A stretch of DNA of 64,000 bases from positions 395,932,001 to 395,996,000 of the forward strand of contig OZ024740.1 of the NCBI GenBank assembly GCA_964016885.1, in the 5' to 3' direction. Shown here piece after piece: positions 40,584-52,379 of the stretch. The position numbers and the translations under genes were made by a program. Source of the DNA: Eledone cirrhosa. Its lineage: Eukaryota. Below the pieces are notes generated by a model. That model had not been told where the DNA came from and did not search any database. It saw only the letters and a program-made list of their open reading frames with translations. Position 1 is the stretch's first letter. Every line of letters starts with the position of its first letter.

Positions 40584-41846
40584 TTACTCAAAAACAACAT
40601 GTTTATTAGGCCCATTGCTTGGTTTCAAAACTTTTTGAGGTTCTTTTTCTTCGGTATTTTGCATATTCATTTGTCTTAACTTACGTGCCATGTGTTTTGG
40701 TTTATTTTTTTTCTTCTTCGTCTTAACAGAAGCTTTCATACCAACAAAATCTTTCTTATTACTTTCTTTCTCCTTTTTATTCGTTTTACTACCTTCAGTA
40801 ATTGTTTGTTGATCTTTGTTTGCTGTTGATGCTTTCACTCGAATCTTTCGAGCATTTAACTCTGAATCGTTAAGTTTGAGCGCAAACATAGCACCATCAG
40901 TGTCTTCAAAAGTAACGTAACCAAATCCTTTACCAACACCAGTTGTCTTGTCCCGGATGACTCTAACATTTAAAATAGGACCACAGTCGAGGAAGTGTTC
41001 CCTCAAATCCTGCTCGTGAATATCAAATGGCAAGTTTCCTACAAAAGCCGACTTTTTGTGATCAATGTTTTTCTTTTTAAAATTAGCTTCGTTGACTTGG
41101 ATGTGAAAACCTTCAACCTCAGTACCATTGAGACTTTTAGCTTTCGGAACAGCTTTTCTTTCTGTAAAACATATATAGGCATTTATACTTTTGCATTTAG
41201 GATGAAACACTTTTTTTAAAACAGCATACTTTTTACCCCTTTTGATGTCAGCTGGTATAGCTCCTCGAAAACGCATGTTTTGAATGGTTCCAAATGGACT
41301 AAACATTTTATGAAGAATCTTTTTGGTTATACTAAGAGGAAGGTTGCCAACAAATACAGTCTTGGCTTTAAGAAACCTGTCATCGATTTTAGGGGTAACT
41401 TTTTTAACTTCCGTATCATCTTCACTATTGGAGTGACGTCTCTTACGTGTTTGAGTCTGTCTAGGGTCCAGTCTTCCAATAAGTACTTCACTTGTATCGC
41501 AAAACAGTTGCTTTATAATTTTATCATTTGATAGGCTGCTTTGACTGTCGACATTTTCTGATGTAGTGTCCGAATCTGGTAATCCTTTCGTCTTATATTT
41601 GGTTTTGTCATCTTTAACAGACCGACTTTTTATTTTTTTCGCTTTTTTACTTTTTTTCTTATCTATTTTAGAAACATGCTTACTCGACTTTTGAAAGAGT
41701 GGCTTATTTACTTTTGAGTGAACCGACTTTTTTCGAGATTCGAAGAGTTTATCAAGTTTCTTTTGTTCTTTAGACGATTTTATATCTGATTTTGTATTTA
41801 CATTAATTAAAGAAGATACTGAACCAACCTTATAAACATCTGCCAT
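40584..41846 (-). CDS. RBM34: RBM34/Nop12-like nucleolar RNA-binding protein, single-exon ORF, 420 aa
   Basis: Uninterrupted ORF with Lys-rich termini and two RRMs (TVFVGNLP...MRFRG...INAYICF; SAFVGNLPF...VRVIRDKTTGVGKGFGYVTF). The N-terminal YKVGSVSSL motif is also typical of RBM34. Confidence 0.92.
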   Translation of the reverse strand: MADVYKVGSVSSLINVNTKSDIKSSKEQKKLDKLFESRKKSVHSKVNKPLFQKSSKHVSKIDKKKSKKAKKIKSRSVKDDKTKYKTKGLPDSDTTSENVDSQSSLSNDKIIKQLFCDTSEVLIGRLDPRQTQTRKRRHSNSEDDTEVKKVTPKIDDRFLKAKTVFVGNLPLSITKKILHKMFSPFGTIQNMRFRGAIPADIKRGKKYAVLKKVFHPKCKSINAYICFTERKAVPKAKSLNGTEVEGFHIQVNEANFKKKNIDHKKSAFVGNLPFDIHEQDLREHFLDCGPILNVRVIRDKTTGVGKGFGYVTFEDTDGAMFALKLNDSELNARKIRVKASTANKDQQTITEGSKTNKKEKESNKKDFVGMKASVKTKKKKNKPKHMARKLRQMNMQNTEEKEPQKVLKPSNGPNKHVVFE

Positions 41847-41914
41847 CGTCGCAGATTATTATATATTTGTATATAAAGGACATATATTTATACAATTTGG
41901 ATTTCTTAATTACA

Positions 41915-41945
41915 CAGCCACACGTGTAGAAGAACTTCCTGTGTT
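41915..41945 (-). promoter_or_regulatory. Putative RBM34 proximal promoter elements: E-box CACGTG (41921-41926) and ETS-like CAGGAAG (41935-41941)
   Basis: Both motifs lie 75-95 nt upstream of the ATG. Function is inferred. Confidence 0.4.
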
Positions 41946-43070
41946 CTCAAATAGGATCAGCATGATTAGTTTCGTATATAATGTTTATTAAGACAGTTTG
42001 ATTAATTTTGTGATAAATAGATTTTTAGATATATGTAAAGATGGTTAAAAAAGAATTAATGCATATCGTCATAGGTTATTTCAGGTCATTTCATAAATTC
42101 GATTCAGAATTCGAAACATCATTTCCACAGTACTGATCTACTTCTCATTCACTCTGTCTGGTTTTCGTGTTCTTTCTCGGTTGACAATTTTGCGCCTGTG
42201 TATTTATTTATTTATATATATGTGTGTGTGTGTTCACGGCTGAGAGAAAAGAGTACTCAATACCGATATGTTCTTCAACCAAGTAGTCTTTCGTTTGGAG
42301 ATGCCAGCAATCACTCTAGTGCCTGGCAACCCGTGTTGAATTACAATGGGTAATACAGTGGAAGCACTTTGATCTGAGAATGTCATAAACAACACATCTA
42401 CGGAATGTGTCGTTCCACCATCCTAGTAGCCCTCGTGATAACAACTATGATAGTGCTTGCAGTGAATGCATTTGGATTCGTAGACCTCCACAGCACTCCA
42501 GTTCTTCGAATTTTCACACACACATATATGTGTATATATATATGACTACACACTTGAAAGGCTTGCTGAACACACAAGCTGAAACCACTTGGTACCGCGG
42601 TCAGGATTTTTCATCTCTCTCTCTCTCCCCCTATTGGGGATTTCGATTGTTGTAATTGTTTGTTTGGCACTACACGCTATTAGCTGTCAGTCCAGTGGAA
42701 AACAGGCGAAGGTGACGTCACTCGTAAAAATCGTTTATTTCCGTATTACTACCACGCGTAAGTGGAGTTTTCACGCGTTTTTTTTTTTTTGAGAGAGAGA
42801 GAGGGAAGACTTAAAAGGGCCAAATTAGAAAACAAATAGAAAACAAGTCATGGTTATAAAGCATATCGATGTAAGTGGAGTTACTTAAATGAAAATATAG
42901 GTGGCCCTTAAAAAAGCCAAATTAGAAAACAAGTCATGGTTATCAATGTAGAAAATAAATCATTCATAAATTTAAGTTTTATAATCAAATTTTTTTCACC
43001 AACAAATATGACAGCTAATAGCGTTGTAGTGCCCGCAATTCTGTATCTTTACGTATATTGCGCATAGATA

Positions 43071-43310
43071 CGAGGGTTGACAAAGATACTCTCACGGAAT
43101 GTGACCAAATGAGGTTTATTTTTCAACATAGTCTCCCTTGCGTTCCACACACTTCTTCCATCGGTGTTGCAGTACTGAGATCAATGTTTTCCTCGGTAGT
43201 GGCATTTGTAGGACGTTCAGACATTGGGTCATCTTCAAGAATCCCCTATCCTTTCCTAAATTCGGCTGCCCACTTTTGCACAAAGGAAAATTGTGGTACA
43301 ATATTGTAAG
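43071..43310 (-). mobile_element. Mariner/Tc1 transposon 3' fragment
   Basis: The minus strand encodes LQHRWKKCVERKGDYVEK*, a mariner transposase C-terminus. A TA|CGAGGG TIR-like end is at 43069-43076. Confidence 0.8.
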
Positions 43311-44034
43311 GTCTGCTTATAGCATTATCCATCTTTCAAAAATGAAGGTCCACATTTCGTCGACTTCAATACATTTTATTACATTTTATTGTATTGTAAA
43401 CATTAACTTTTATGGAAATTTATATTACAAAATTTCAATTTAGTTCCATTTTTTGGAATTTATTTAACAAACATGGAAAAATAAGAAAAAGAATAAAATA
43501 AAAATAATTTGATTGCCTTTAATAAAGAAGATAAATAGAGTGGAAATGATTTCCAGGTCATACTAATGAAACGGTTTTTTCCATTACTGATATTATCTGT
43601 CTGCCGCAAGTCCTGGTAGAAGATGCTACACGAACTAAAGTATTTTACTGAAGGACGCAACATGCTGCAGGATCGAAGAAACGAGCCCATGACTTTATAA
43701 TGGTTAGTCCAGTACCGTAACCCCTAAGGCATGTGCCTTCACAGAGGAAAGGTAAATCATATTATAACAGATTAGATGGGTACTATGTTAGATATTACTA
43801 TGTGTCATATTATACCAAAGGGGAAGTGTGCTGTATAATAAACATTGATATCAGGTTGATTCAATAACTACCCGGTCCCAAATATGAACCCATGAACTTA
43901 TGGTCGTCAGTCAAACACTTTAACCATTGTATGTATGTATTTATACACGTATGGATGTATGTATGTGTATACATGTATGTATGGATGGATGCATGTATGT
44001 ATACATGTATAATTGTAAGTGTGTATGCGTGTAT

Positions 44035-46508
44035 GAGAACAACTGGAAGGACTTCAGGAGCTCGGTCTATGAGGCTTCGGCAGAGGTCCTTGGCTTTGTC
44101 ACAAGAAAACAAGGACTGGTTTGATGAGAATGACCAGGAGGTCAAGGCTCTGCTAGACAGAAAACAAAAGGCACTTGATGCAGTTCTTAAAGGTGGTAGC
44201 TCTGTTGGTGACAATTATGAGCGTTACAGACAGGTAAAGAAGGAAGTGCAGGTGAAACTCATGGCTATGCAAAATACCTGGTGGAGCAACAAAGCAGATG
44301 AAGTTCAAGTGGCATCTGACGGCAACAATGTGAAACTGCCGCACTTTTTACTCACAGAGGTGTATGGCTCTTTCAGCTCTCCAGTGGCCCCTTTGAGATC
44401 GAAAGATGGCAAGCAATTACTGCACGACCCAAAAGATACTCGACAGATAGAGAGATCACTTTGATGAGCTCTTAAACCAGCCATCCCAGGTTGATGATGA
44501 TTTTATTTGTTCCATTCCTATTGAACCAGTGAAGCATATGAGATGGCTAATGTATCTTCTCTTGCAGAGGGGACTTCTGTTGTGCATAAGCTGAACTGTG
44601 GTAAGTCTCCTGGTATGGATGGTCTGAGTGGAGCGGTTTTGAAGTGTGGTGGTGAAAACTTCACGCAGCACTTGACTGACCTCATGAAAATGGTGTGGGA
44701 AGATGAGAATGTCCCACAAGAAGGATGCGCTCATGGTGATTCTCCATAAAGGAAAGGACAAATGTGGCAATTATCATGTCATGTCCCTTCTTTCAGTAGT
44801 TGGTAAAGTCGTGTCGAATATTGATGTATAGATTGATCCCAAGAGTTGTTCTGAATGTGTTGCCTGAGTCGCAGTGTGGGTTCAGAAACGAAAGAGGAAC
44901 AGTGGATATGATCGTTTCTGCTCGGCAGCTGCAAGAAAAGTGTATCGAACAATGTATGGACCTTTACCAGGTCTTTGTTGACTTGACAAAGGCCTTTAAC
45001 ACTGTCAATCGAACTGCATTGTGGGAAAAAAATCCAAGGTAGGGTAGAAGATTCTGCATCTTTTCCATGATGACATGAAGGCTTTGTTCAGTGTTGGTGG
45101 TAGCATCTCTGAACCAATATCAGTTGAAAATGGAGTGAAGCAGGGGCACATTCCGGCTCCAACTCTGTTTTCCTTATATTTTACGATAGTGTTTCTCATG
45201 GCATTCAAATATTGTTCTCATGGGGTTTACATCAGGTATCGCACTTCAGGAAGGTTGTTCAACACCAGGCGCTTTGGTACAAGCACAAAGGTGTTAACAT
45301 CTATAATCCGAGAGTTTTTGTATGCAGACGACTGCAATATTTTTGCATACTCACAAAGTGACATGCAGCATATTATGAACTCTTTTTCTGCAACTTGCAG
45401 CACTTTGGGCGTCACAATAAGCTTGGAAAAGACTGTTGTGATGTATCAGCCAGTACCTGGAAACGAGTACACTGCACCAAGTGTGTACGTGTACGGAAAG
45501 AGGCTAAAAGTTGCTGACAAGTTTGTTTACCTTGGTAGTACGTTGAACACTTCATGCACACATGATAATGAAATATCCTTAAGAATCAAGAAAGCCAGTG
45601 ATGCTTTTGGACGGCTGCATCAACGTTTATGGTCCAGACGAGGTATCACTATCGAAACCAAGGTGAAAGTGTATCTGACTTGTGTCGTCTCCTCTTTACT
45701 TGATGTTTGTGAAACGTGGGTCACATACAGAAAGCACCTCAAGGATCTGGAGAGATTTCACCAACAATCTCTTCATAAGTTACTTGGGGTGTGGTGGAAA
45801 ATGTTCGCCAGTTATTTGGAAGTTCTAGAACAGAGCAGGTGCGTAACTATAGAGAGCATAATCTTTCGGTATCGGTTGAGGTGGTGCAGTCATGTGGTCC
45901 GGATGTCTGATAATCGTATTCCAAAGCAACTTCTCTATGGAGAACTGTGTGAAGGAAGGCGACCACCACATAAACCAAAAAGGCGGTACCAGGACTGTAT
46001 CAAGGGCACCTTGGCTTGTGCTGGAATTTCATCTGACGAATGGGAGAAAATGGCTGACGAGCGTGTGAAGTGGAGACGTTTAATCAAGTCAGGTGGTGAA
46101 CACTTTGAAACTCGTCGGAGAGAACACCTAACACTGAAAAGGAAGGTGAGGATTGAGACTGTTCTGAACTGCCTGCTGTTGAACATCATCTGGTTTGCCA
46201 GCACTGTGGTCGAGTCAGCCTGAGCAAAGCTGGTTTGATTAGACATGAACAAAGTCATATCAGTAGACCTCATGTAGATTATGATCTGAAAAGGTGCAAG
46301 AAATGTACAATCATGGGAGGTCTTAAAAGATACATGTGAACATACAGCCAGAACAAAGCAATGGAAGGTTTCGGGGGAGCCTAAAGTTGCCATGTGTGTG
46401 CCAGAGGGTGCAAGTATTTGGCTGGTTTAAAGAGTCACATTTGTGCTTCACATTTTTGAACATTTTATCGGGCGATGGCAATACTTGAACACGAGTTTGC
46501 AGCCATCA
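44035..46508 (+). mobile_element. Second RTE-family LINE (BovB/RTE-1-like), 5'-truncated and frameshifted, with C-terminal C2H2 fingers
   Basis: DWFDEND, KSPGMDG, LPESQCGFR, FVDLTKAF, GVKQG..APTLF, FLYADD, FVYLGS and RIPKQLLYGEL motifs; CQHC...HEQSH and CHVC...H..ASH near 46195-46450. Confidence 0.93.
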
Positions 46509-46509
46509 T

Positions 46510-46586
46510 GTAGTATGTATGTATGTATGTATGTATGTATGTATGTATGTATGTATGTATGTATGTATGTATGTATGTATGTATGT
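46510..46586 (+). repeat. (TATG)n microsatellite
   Basis: Directly visible, immediately after the LINE 3' end. Confidence 0.95.
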
Positions 46587-47200
46587 CGGGTCACTCTTGA
46601 GTGCTATTGGTAACATGTAACCCAGTACAACCTGTCGCATGGTCGGGTCGTTGGCGACTAAACTGGCAACCCCACCAAGTTTACTTGGTGAGGAGGGTGA
46701 TTTTGGACACCCTGCAGGACAAAAAACAAAACCTGACAAAGGGCGGAAGATCTCATAAGAGTCAACGGCCTTCCAAAAGTGTGTAAATATGTATATACAC
46801 ATGTACATATGTATGTATATGTATATGTGTATATACATGGGTGCATGTGTATGTACATGCGCGGGGACATAGAAATAATCGGGCTGGACACCCGATCGCG
46901 CGGTTAAACCACTGGGAGTGAAGGACCCCTAGCCTTTGTCAGGGCATTCTTCTAGGAGAAGGCAACTCAGGAAACTGGGATAACTCCGATATAAAACCTG
47001 CGGCTCAGTAGTTACCGATGATGTTGATATTTTCTTCTTTTCGGGTTATAGCTACTGTCGCTCAGAGAGTGGGATTGGCTCAGTGCAGTCTTTCCTCATT
47101 TAAAAAAATATCTTCATGCACAGGCATTGCACGATAGAATTACTTAATAATTGTTAATAATGGTATATCGTGCAATGGCCATACTCGATAACGAGGGGGC
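46586..47200 (+). mobile_element. Two GC-richer fragments resembling RTE 5' UTRs or short derived elements
   Basis: gttggcgactaaactggcaacccca and aggagaaggcaactc motifs resemble RTE 5' UTR sequences (from memory). They sit between microsatellites. Confidence 0.4.
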
Positions 47201-47419
47201 AGCTATCATGTATGCATGCATGCGTGTATGTGTGTATATATATGTGTGTGTGCGTGCGTGTGTGTATATATATGTGCATGTGGGTGTGTATATATATATC
47301 TCCATATACATATTTATTCAGCTGATATAGGCTGGATTGGTTGGAATATTCTGACGCGAATTCTTTCTGCTCTGTTAAATCGAAACAAATCTTGACTTTT
47401 TATTTGAGGTTTTCTATAT

Positions 47420-48058
47420 AAGAGACCGGGAGACCATGTTGATACTATGAAGGCATTTGTCCTAAGCCGCCTGGACTATTGCTCCCAGCTGTTGTCACCC
47501 CATAGTATCAAACTAACCACGGAACTTGAGACAATCCAACGAAGCTACACCAAGAGGATTGCACGATGAAGGAGATGAGCTACTGGGAGAGGCTAAAAGA
47601 ACTGAAACTCTACTCCTTGGAACGAAGACGGGAGAGATACGCAGTGATATACATATGGAAAATCCTGGAGGGACTAGCACCAAACTTTGGTATTGAGAGC
47701 GGGACCAACCCCCGAACAGGACGTCACTGTGTGGTGACAAAGGTCCCGTCTTCCACATCTAGAACAAGAAGCAGATATTGCAATAGACTGGGGTTCAAAA
47801 GCCCTCAACTCTTCAACAAACTGCCGAGGGATTTGAGAGATCTACATGGTGTGGCCGTGGATATTTTCAAGAAACTTCTCGACACCCTGTTATCCAGGAT
47901 CCCGGATGAGCCCAGATCACGGTACGAAGGTAACCTAAGGGCAGCAGCAACGAACTCCCTCTTACATCAATGGCCAGCCAACACAAGCTGGAGATAGAAT
48001 GTGTAGCAACAAGGGCAGTGCCCAATCATGGTCTCAGCCAGATGGCTGAAACAGCTAA
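47420..48058 (+). mobile_element. CR1/L2-group LINE ORF2 3' end
   Basis: SRLDYCSQL, IQRSYTKRI and SYWERLKELKLYSLERRRERYAVIYIWKIL. Confidence 0.88.
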
Positions 48059-48309
48059 AAGAGTATATATATATATTTAATATAGAAATGGCTTCAACAG
48101 GACTAGAACTGTTTCATTCGGAGGAAATCATCAGAAAAGCCGACTGTCAATGTAATATGGTGGTATTTATACATTTTCTGGTGGTAGGGGAGGGTAGTAA
48201 ATTGATGCTAAGTAGACAAACACATACACACTGACAGACACTCCTAATTTTCAAGATTCATTTATTCCAAACAAACAAAGGGTTTTCATTGAGTGGCAAT
48301 ATTAAAATG

Positions 48310-49394
48310 CTCTGCTAAAAGATATAAATATGTGTGTGTGTGTTTGTGTATGTGTGTGTTTGTGTATATATATATATATATGTGTGTGTGTGTATGTGTG
48401 TGCAAATTTCAATAATATTAAGACACCCTAATGGGGGTTAAACGCCCTATAGTGAAAAGTTTGGCCAATAAATGGAACAAGATTTTACGAACTCCTATGG
48501 TTTTGGAGATAGACCCCCATAACCATATATATTCTGAAACTACATTGCCCAGGGTACTTGTATAAGTATATTTTATTTTAATCAAAGGGTTCATCGGGGG
48601 AACAAAACCGCCGCTGAAACTTTACCTTCGATTTATATGAAATTTAAACCATAGGTAAACGACAAGATATGATGCCTATTCACAAAATTTCAGCAAATTT
48701 CAATAAAATTAAAATACCCTAATGGGGGTTAAATCCCCTATTAGGGTTCACCGGTGGCACAAACCACTGCTGAAAATGTTTTCCCTTCGATTTATATGCA
48801 ATTTAAATCATAGGTAAACGACAAGATATGATGCCTATTCACATCATTTCAGCAAATTTCAATAAAATTACAATACCCTAATGGGGATTAAACCCCCTAT
48901 TAGGGTTAACCAGGGGGCACAAAATCCCCGCTGAAAATTTTTTCGGTTCGATTTATATGCAATTTAAACCATAGATAAATGAAGAGATATGATGCCTATT
49001 CACAAAATTTCAATACTATAAGACACCTTGGTGGTTAAATCCTCTATTAGGGTTCCCCGGGAGTACAAACCCCCGCTGAAAACTTTTCCCTTTCGATTTA
49101 TATGAAACTTAAACCATAGGTAAATGACAAGATATGATGCCTATTCACAAAAGTTTTCAATTGATATTTTGAAAAAAATTATTTACAAGAAACAAAATAA
49201 GAATAAGATTTAATAATGCAATTTTGATTTGATATATTACAAAAAATGATGTTTTCCAATTTTTCATGCATTATATTTTACATTGAGTAATATTGAGTTT
49301 TTCTCCATAAATTATATCACTGATTTAAAATCAATCATCATTTTCTTACAAAAAAAATGTGTGAAACGCAGCAAAGCGCTGGTAATTCGGCTAG
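48310..49394 (+). mobile_element. Probable non-autonomous Helitron with about four ~160-bp internal repeats
   Basis: The 3' end is cagcaaagcgctggtaattcggCTAG|T. ttcgatttatatg recurs at about 48627, 48786, 48947 and 49093. The 5' end is uncertain. Confidence 0.55.
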
Positions 49395-49418
49395 TATATA
49401 TATATATGTGAGTGTGTG

Positions 49419-49444
<26 letters not shown>

Positions 49445-49450
<6 letters not shown>

Positions 49451-50430
49451 CTCATTATGTAGGAGAGGTGTAGGTAGAAACTTCATCCTCTGCCCCATAT
49501 GCAAACTATGGGTACACAAGAGATGTAGTGGGATCTCAGGAAGTTTAGTTAAGAATGTAGGCTTTACATGTAGCAGTTGCACCAGGACAGTAAGCAGCAA
49601 ACAATCACTGAAAACAAGTGACATCAAAGTCTGGGAGGACTTGGTAAAAACAATACCGAATTATCAGCGGAGGCGAGGGGTGTTCTGAAAGAATGGGATG
49701 GAAGAAGTTGAGGGAGCTACTGCCACAGCTGGATACAAAAGGCTTTTCCCTCAGAATTAAAAGGTAGACTGTATCATGTGTGCATATGAACGGCAATGTT
49801 ACATGGTAGTGAGAGCTGGGCGCTGTGTGTAGAAGACTTGCGTAGATTAGAAAGGAATGAAGCTTGTATGCTCCGATGGATGTGTAATAGTAATATACGT
49901 GAACAGCAAAGCATAAACAAACTGAAAGAGAAACTAGGCATAAGAGGAATCAAATGTTGTGTGCAGGAGAGGAGATTATGTTGGTATGGACATGTGATTT
50001 GTATGAAGGATGACAGCTACATAAAGTCCCATAAAGACTTGAGATGAAGTGATAAAAGCCGACCTTGCCCAATTGCACCTCTGAAAGGCAATGACACAGG
50101 ACCAAGATCTCTCGCGTTATGAGGTAATACAGAAACCTCAACTACCCACGGGCCCAGGCCAAGGCTGAAACATACAGTATGCACCACTCCATCCCATCCG
50201 CCAATATATCTTTCATGAGAACAGGCCGAAACACTGTAAAGTGGTCGTGATGGTGACACGGTAAAAAACACCCAGTCCACACTGTAAAGTAGTCGTGTAG
50301 GAATCACAACAAAAAACACCCAGTACTCACTGTAAATGAGCTTGGCATTAGGAAGGGCATCCAGCTGTAGAAACCAAGCCAAAATCAGTTCTTTTTGAGC
50401 AAGACATGGTCACCTGACCTAAAATTGCCA
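49445..50430 (+). mobile_element. Decayed 3' part of the PHD-containing RTE family
   Basis: CSLCRRGVGRNFILCPICKLWVHKRCSG and MLHGSESWALCVEDLRRLERNEACMLRWMC, followed by the 3' UTR with ~50-bp cactgtaaagtggtcgtg subrepeats. Confidence 0.88.
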
Positions 50431-50436
50431 ACAATA

Positions 50437-50823
50437 GAAGGCACATGGCTCAGTGGTTAGAGCATTGGGCTTGCAATTGAAAGGTTGTGAGTTTAATTCT
50501 TGAACCGGTTCATGTGTTGTTTCCTTGAGCAAGACACTTTATTTCACTTTGCTCCAGTTTACTCAGCTGTAGAAATGAGATTGATAGGACTGGGGTCCCT
50601 ATCATTCCACTGCAAAGTGGTCGTGGAGGTGCCACGGCAAAAAAAAAAAAAAACACCCAGCACTCACTGTAAATGAGGTTGGTGTTAGGAAGGGCATCCA
50701 GCTGTAGAAATCAAGACAGAATCAGTTCCCGTATGAGCAAGACAAGGTCAGCCGACCGAACACTGCCCACAACAGGACAACCCATGCTAGCGTAGAAGAA
50801 TTGACATAAAATGATGATGATGA
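50437..50823 (+). mobile_element. SINE family B copy
   Basis: Closely similar to 31305-31688. Confidence 0.9.
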
Positions 50824-50892
50824 AATATAACAGAGTTTTATAGCTTGCTTGAAGCATTGATGAATAGGAAACACAAATTTAAATTTTGAAAA

Positions 50893-51225
50893 CCAAGTTG
50901 AGGGCCTTTGAACCCCAAGCTATTGCAATAGCTGCTCCTGATTTTAGATGTGGAAGACGGGACCTTTGGTACCACACAGTGACGTCCTGTTCGAGAATTC
51001 GTCCAGCTCTCGATGCGAAAGTTTGGTCTTAGTCCCCCCAGGATTTTCCATATGTATATCATTGCATATCTCTCCCGTCTTCATTCCGAGGAGTAGAGTT
51101 TCAGTTCTTTTAGACTCTCCCAGTAGTTTATCTCCATCGTGGCAACCTTCTTGGTGTAGCTTCATTGGATTGCTTCAAGCTCCATGGTTAGTTTGATACT
51201 ATGGGGGTGACCACAGCTGGGAGCA
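50893..51225 (-). mobile_element. Second fragment of the same CR1/L2-group LINE
   Basis: The reverse complement matches 47480-47810 (IYIWKILGGL.PNF.IES.TN.RTGRHCVV). Confidence 0.85.
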
Positions 51226-51580
51226 TTCATCATTTCATTTTACATCCACTTTTTCCCTGCTTGCAAGGGTGGGACGGGAACTGATTCTGGCTTGATTTCT
51301 ACAGCTGGATGCCCTTCCTAACACCAACCTCATTTACAGTGTGGGCTGGGTGCTTTTTTCCCATGACACCTCCACATTACAGTGTGGGCTGGGTGCTTTT
51401 TTGCCGTGGCACCTCCATGACCACTTTGCAGTGGAATGATAGGGACCCTAGTCCTATCATCTCATTTCTACAGCTGAGTAAACTGGAGCAATGTGAAATA
51501 AAGTGTCTTGCTCAAGGAAACAACACATCACCCGGTGTGAGAATTGAACTCACAACCTTTCGATTGCAAGGCCAATGCTC

Positions 51581-51582
<2 letters not shown>
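51226..51582 (-). mobile_element. SINE family B copy, inverted
   Basis: Reverse complement of the family B body and tail. Confidence 0.9.
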
Positions 51583-51623
<41 letters not shown>

Positions 51624-51643
51624 TAGTTTATATATATGTGTGA

Positions 51644-51675
<32 letters not shown>

Positions 51676-51679
<4 letters not shown>

Positions 51680-52247
51680 ATAATAATACATATGAAGACT
51701 AAAATCGAAAGAGGGCTCGATAGGGATAAATATATATCAATTATATAAGAACCGTAGAGCAAATATTTATTAAAATAACAGATTAAAGTTTAAGCAAAGA
51801 ATCGGCTGCTTTCACCCTTAATGGGATCTTCTGAAACTAAAAAAAAAAATCAATCTGTGAACGCAGAAGTAAATATTTCGAAAAACGTTGCAACCGTAGG
51901 AATACAGGAAGGCGATACTTTGGTTCGTGGAGACGAAGTTTTAGGTATTTCTTCCTGCTTGGTACGGGTATGTTCTTTGTAGAAATATTCAGATGTTTCT
52001 GCATGATGAATATAAGTCAATAGAGTACTCAGTCAAGGGAGCCAAATAGTAATAATAATAAATTTGAAGACTAACATCCAAAGAGGACTCGATAAGGATA
52101 AATATATATCAAATATATAAGAACCGTAGAGCAAATATATATTAAAATAACAGATTAAAGTTTAAGCAAAGAATCGGCTGCTTTCACCCTTAATGGGATC
52201 TTCTGAAACTAGAAAAAATCAATCTGTGAACGCAGAAGTAAATATTT
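51676..52247 (+). repeat. ~200-bp direct duplication (about 51676-51880 and 52047-52247)
   Basis: Near-identical tagtaataataata...gaacgcagaagtaaatattt blocks. Confidence 0.9.
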
Positions 52248-52379
52248 TTAAGCCGACCTTTCCCAATTGCACCTCTCAAGGGCAATGACACACGACCATG
52301 ACCTCTGGCGTCACACAGTAATACAGAAGACCCGACTTTCCACAAGAACATATAGACAATATTTGTTTTCCTTTGTTTT

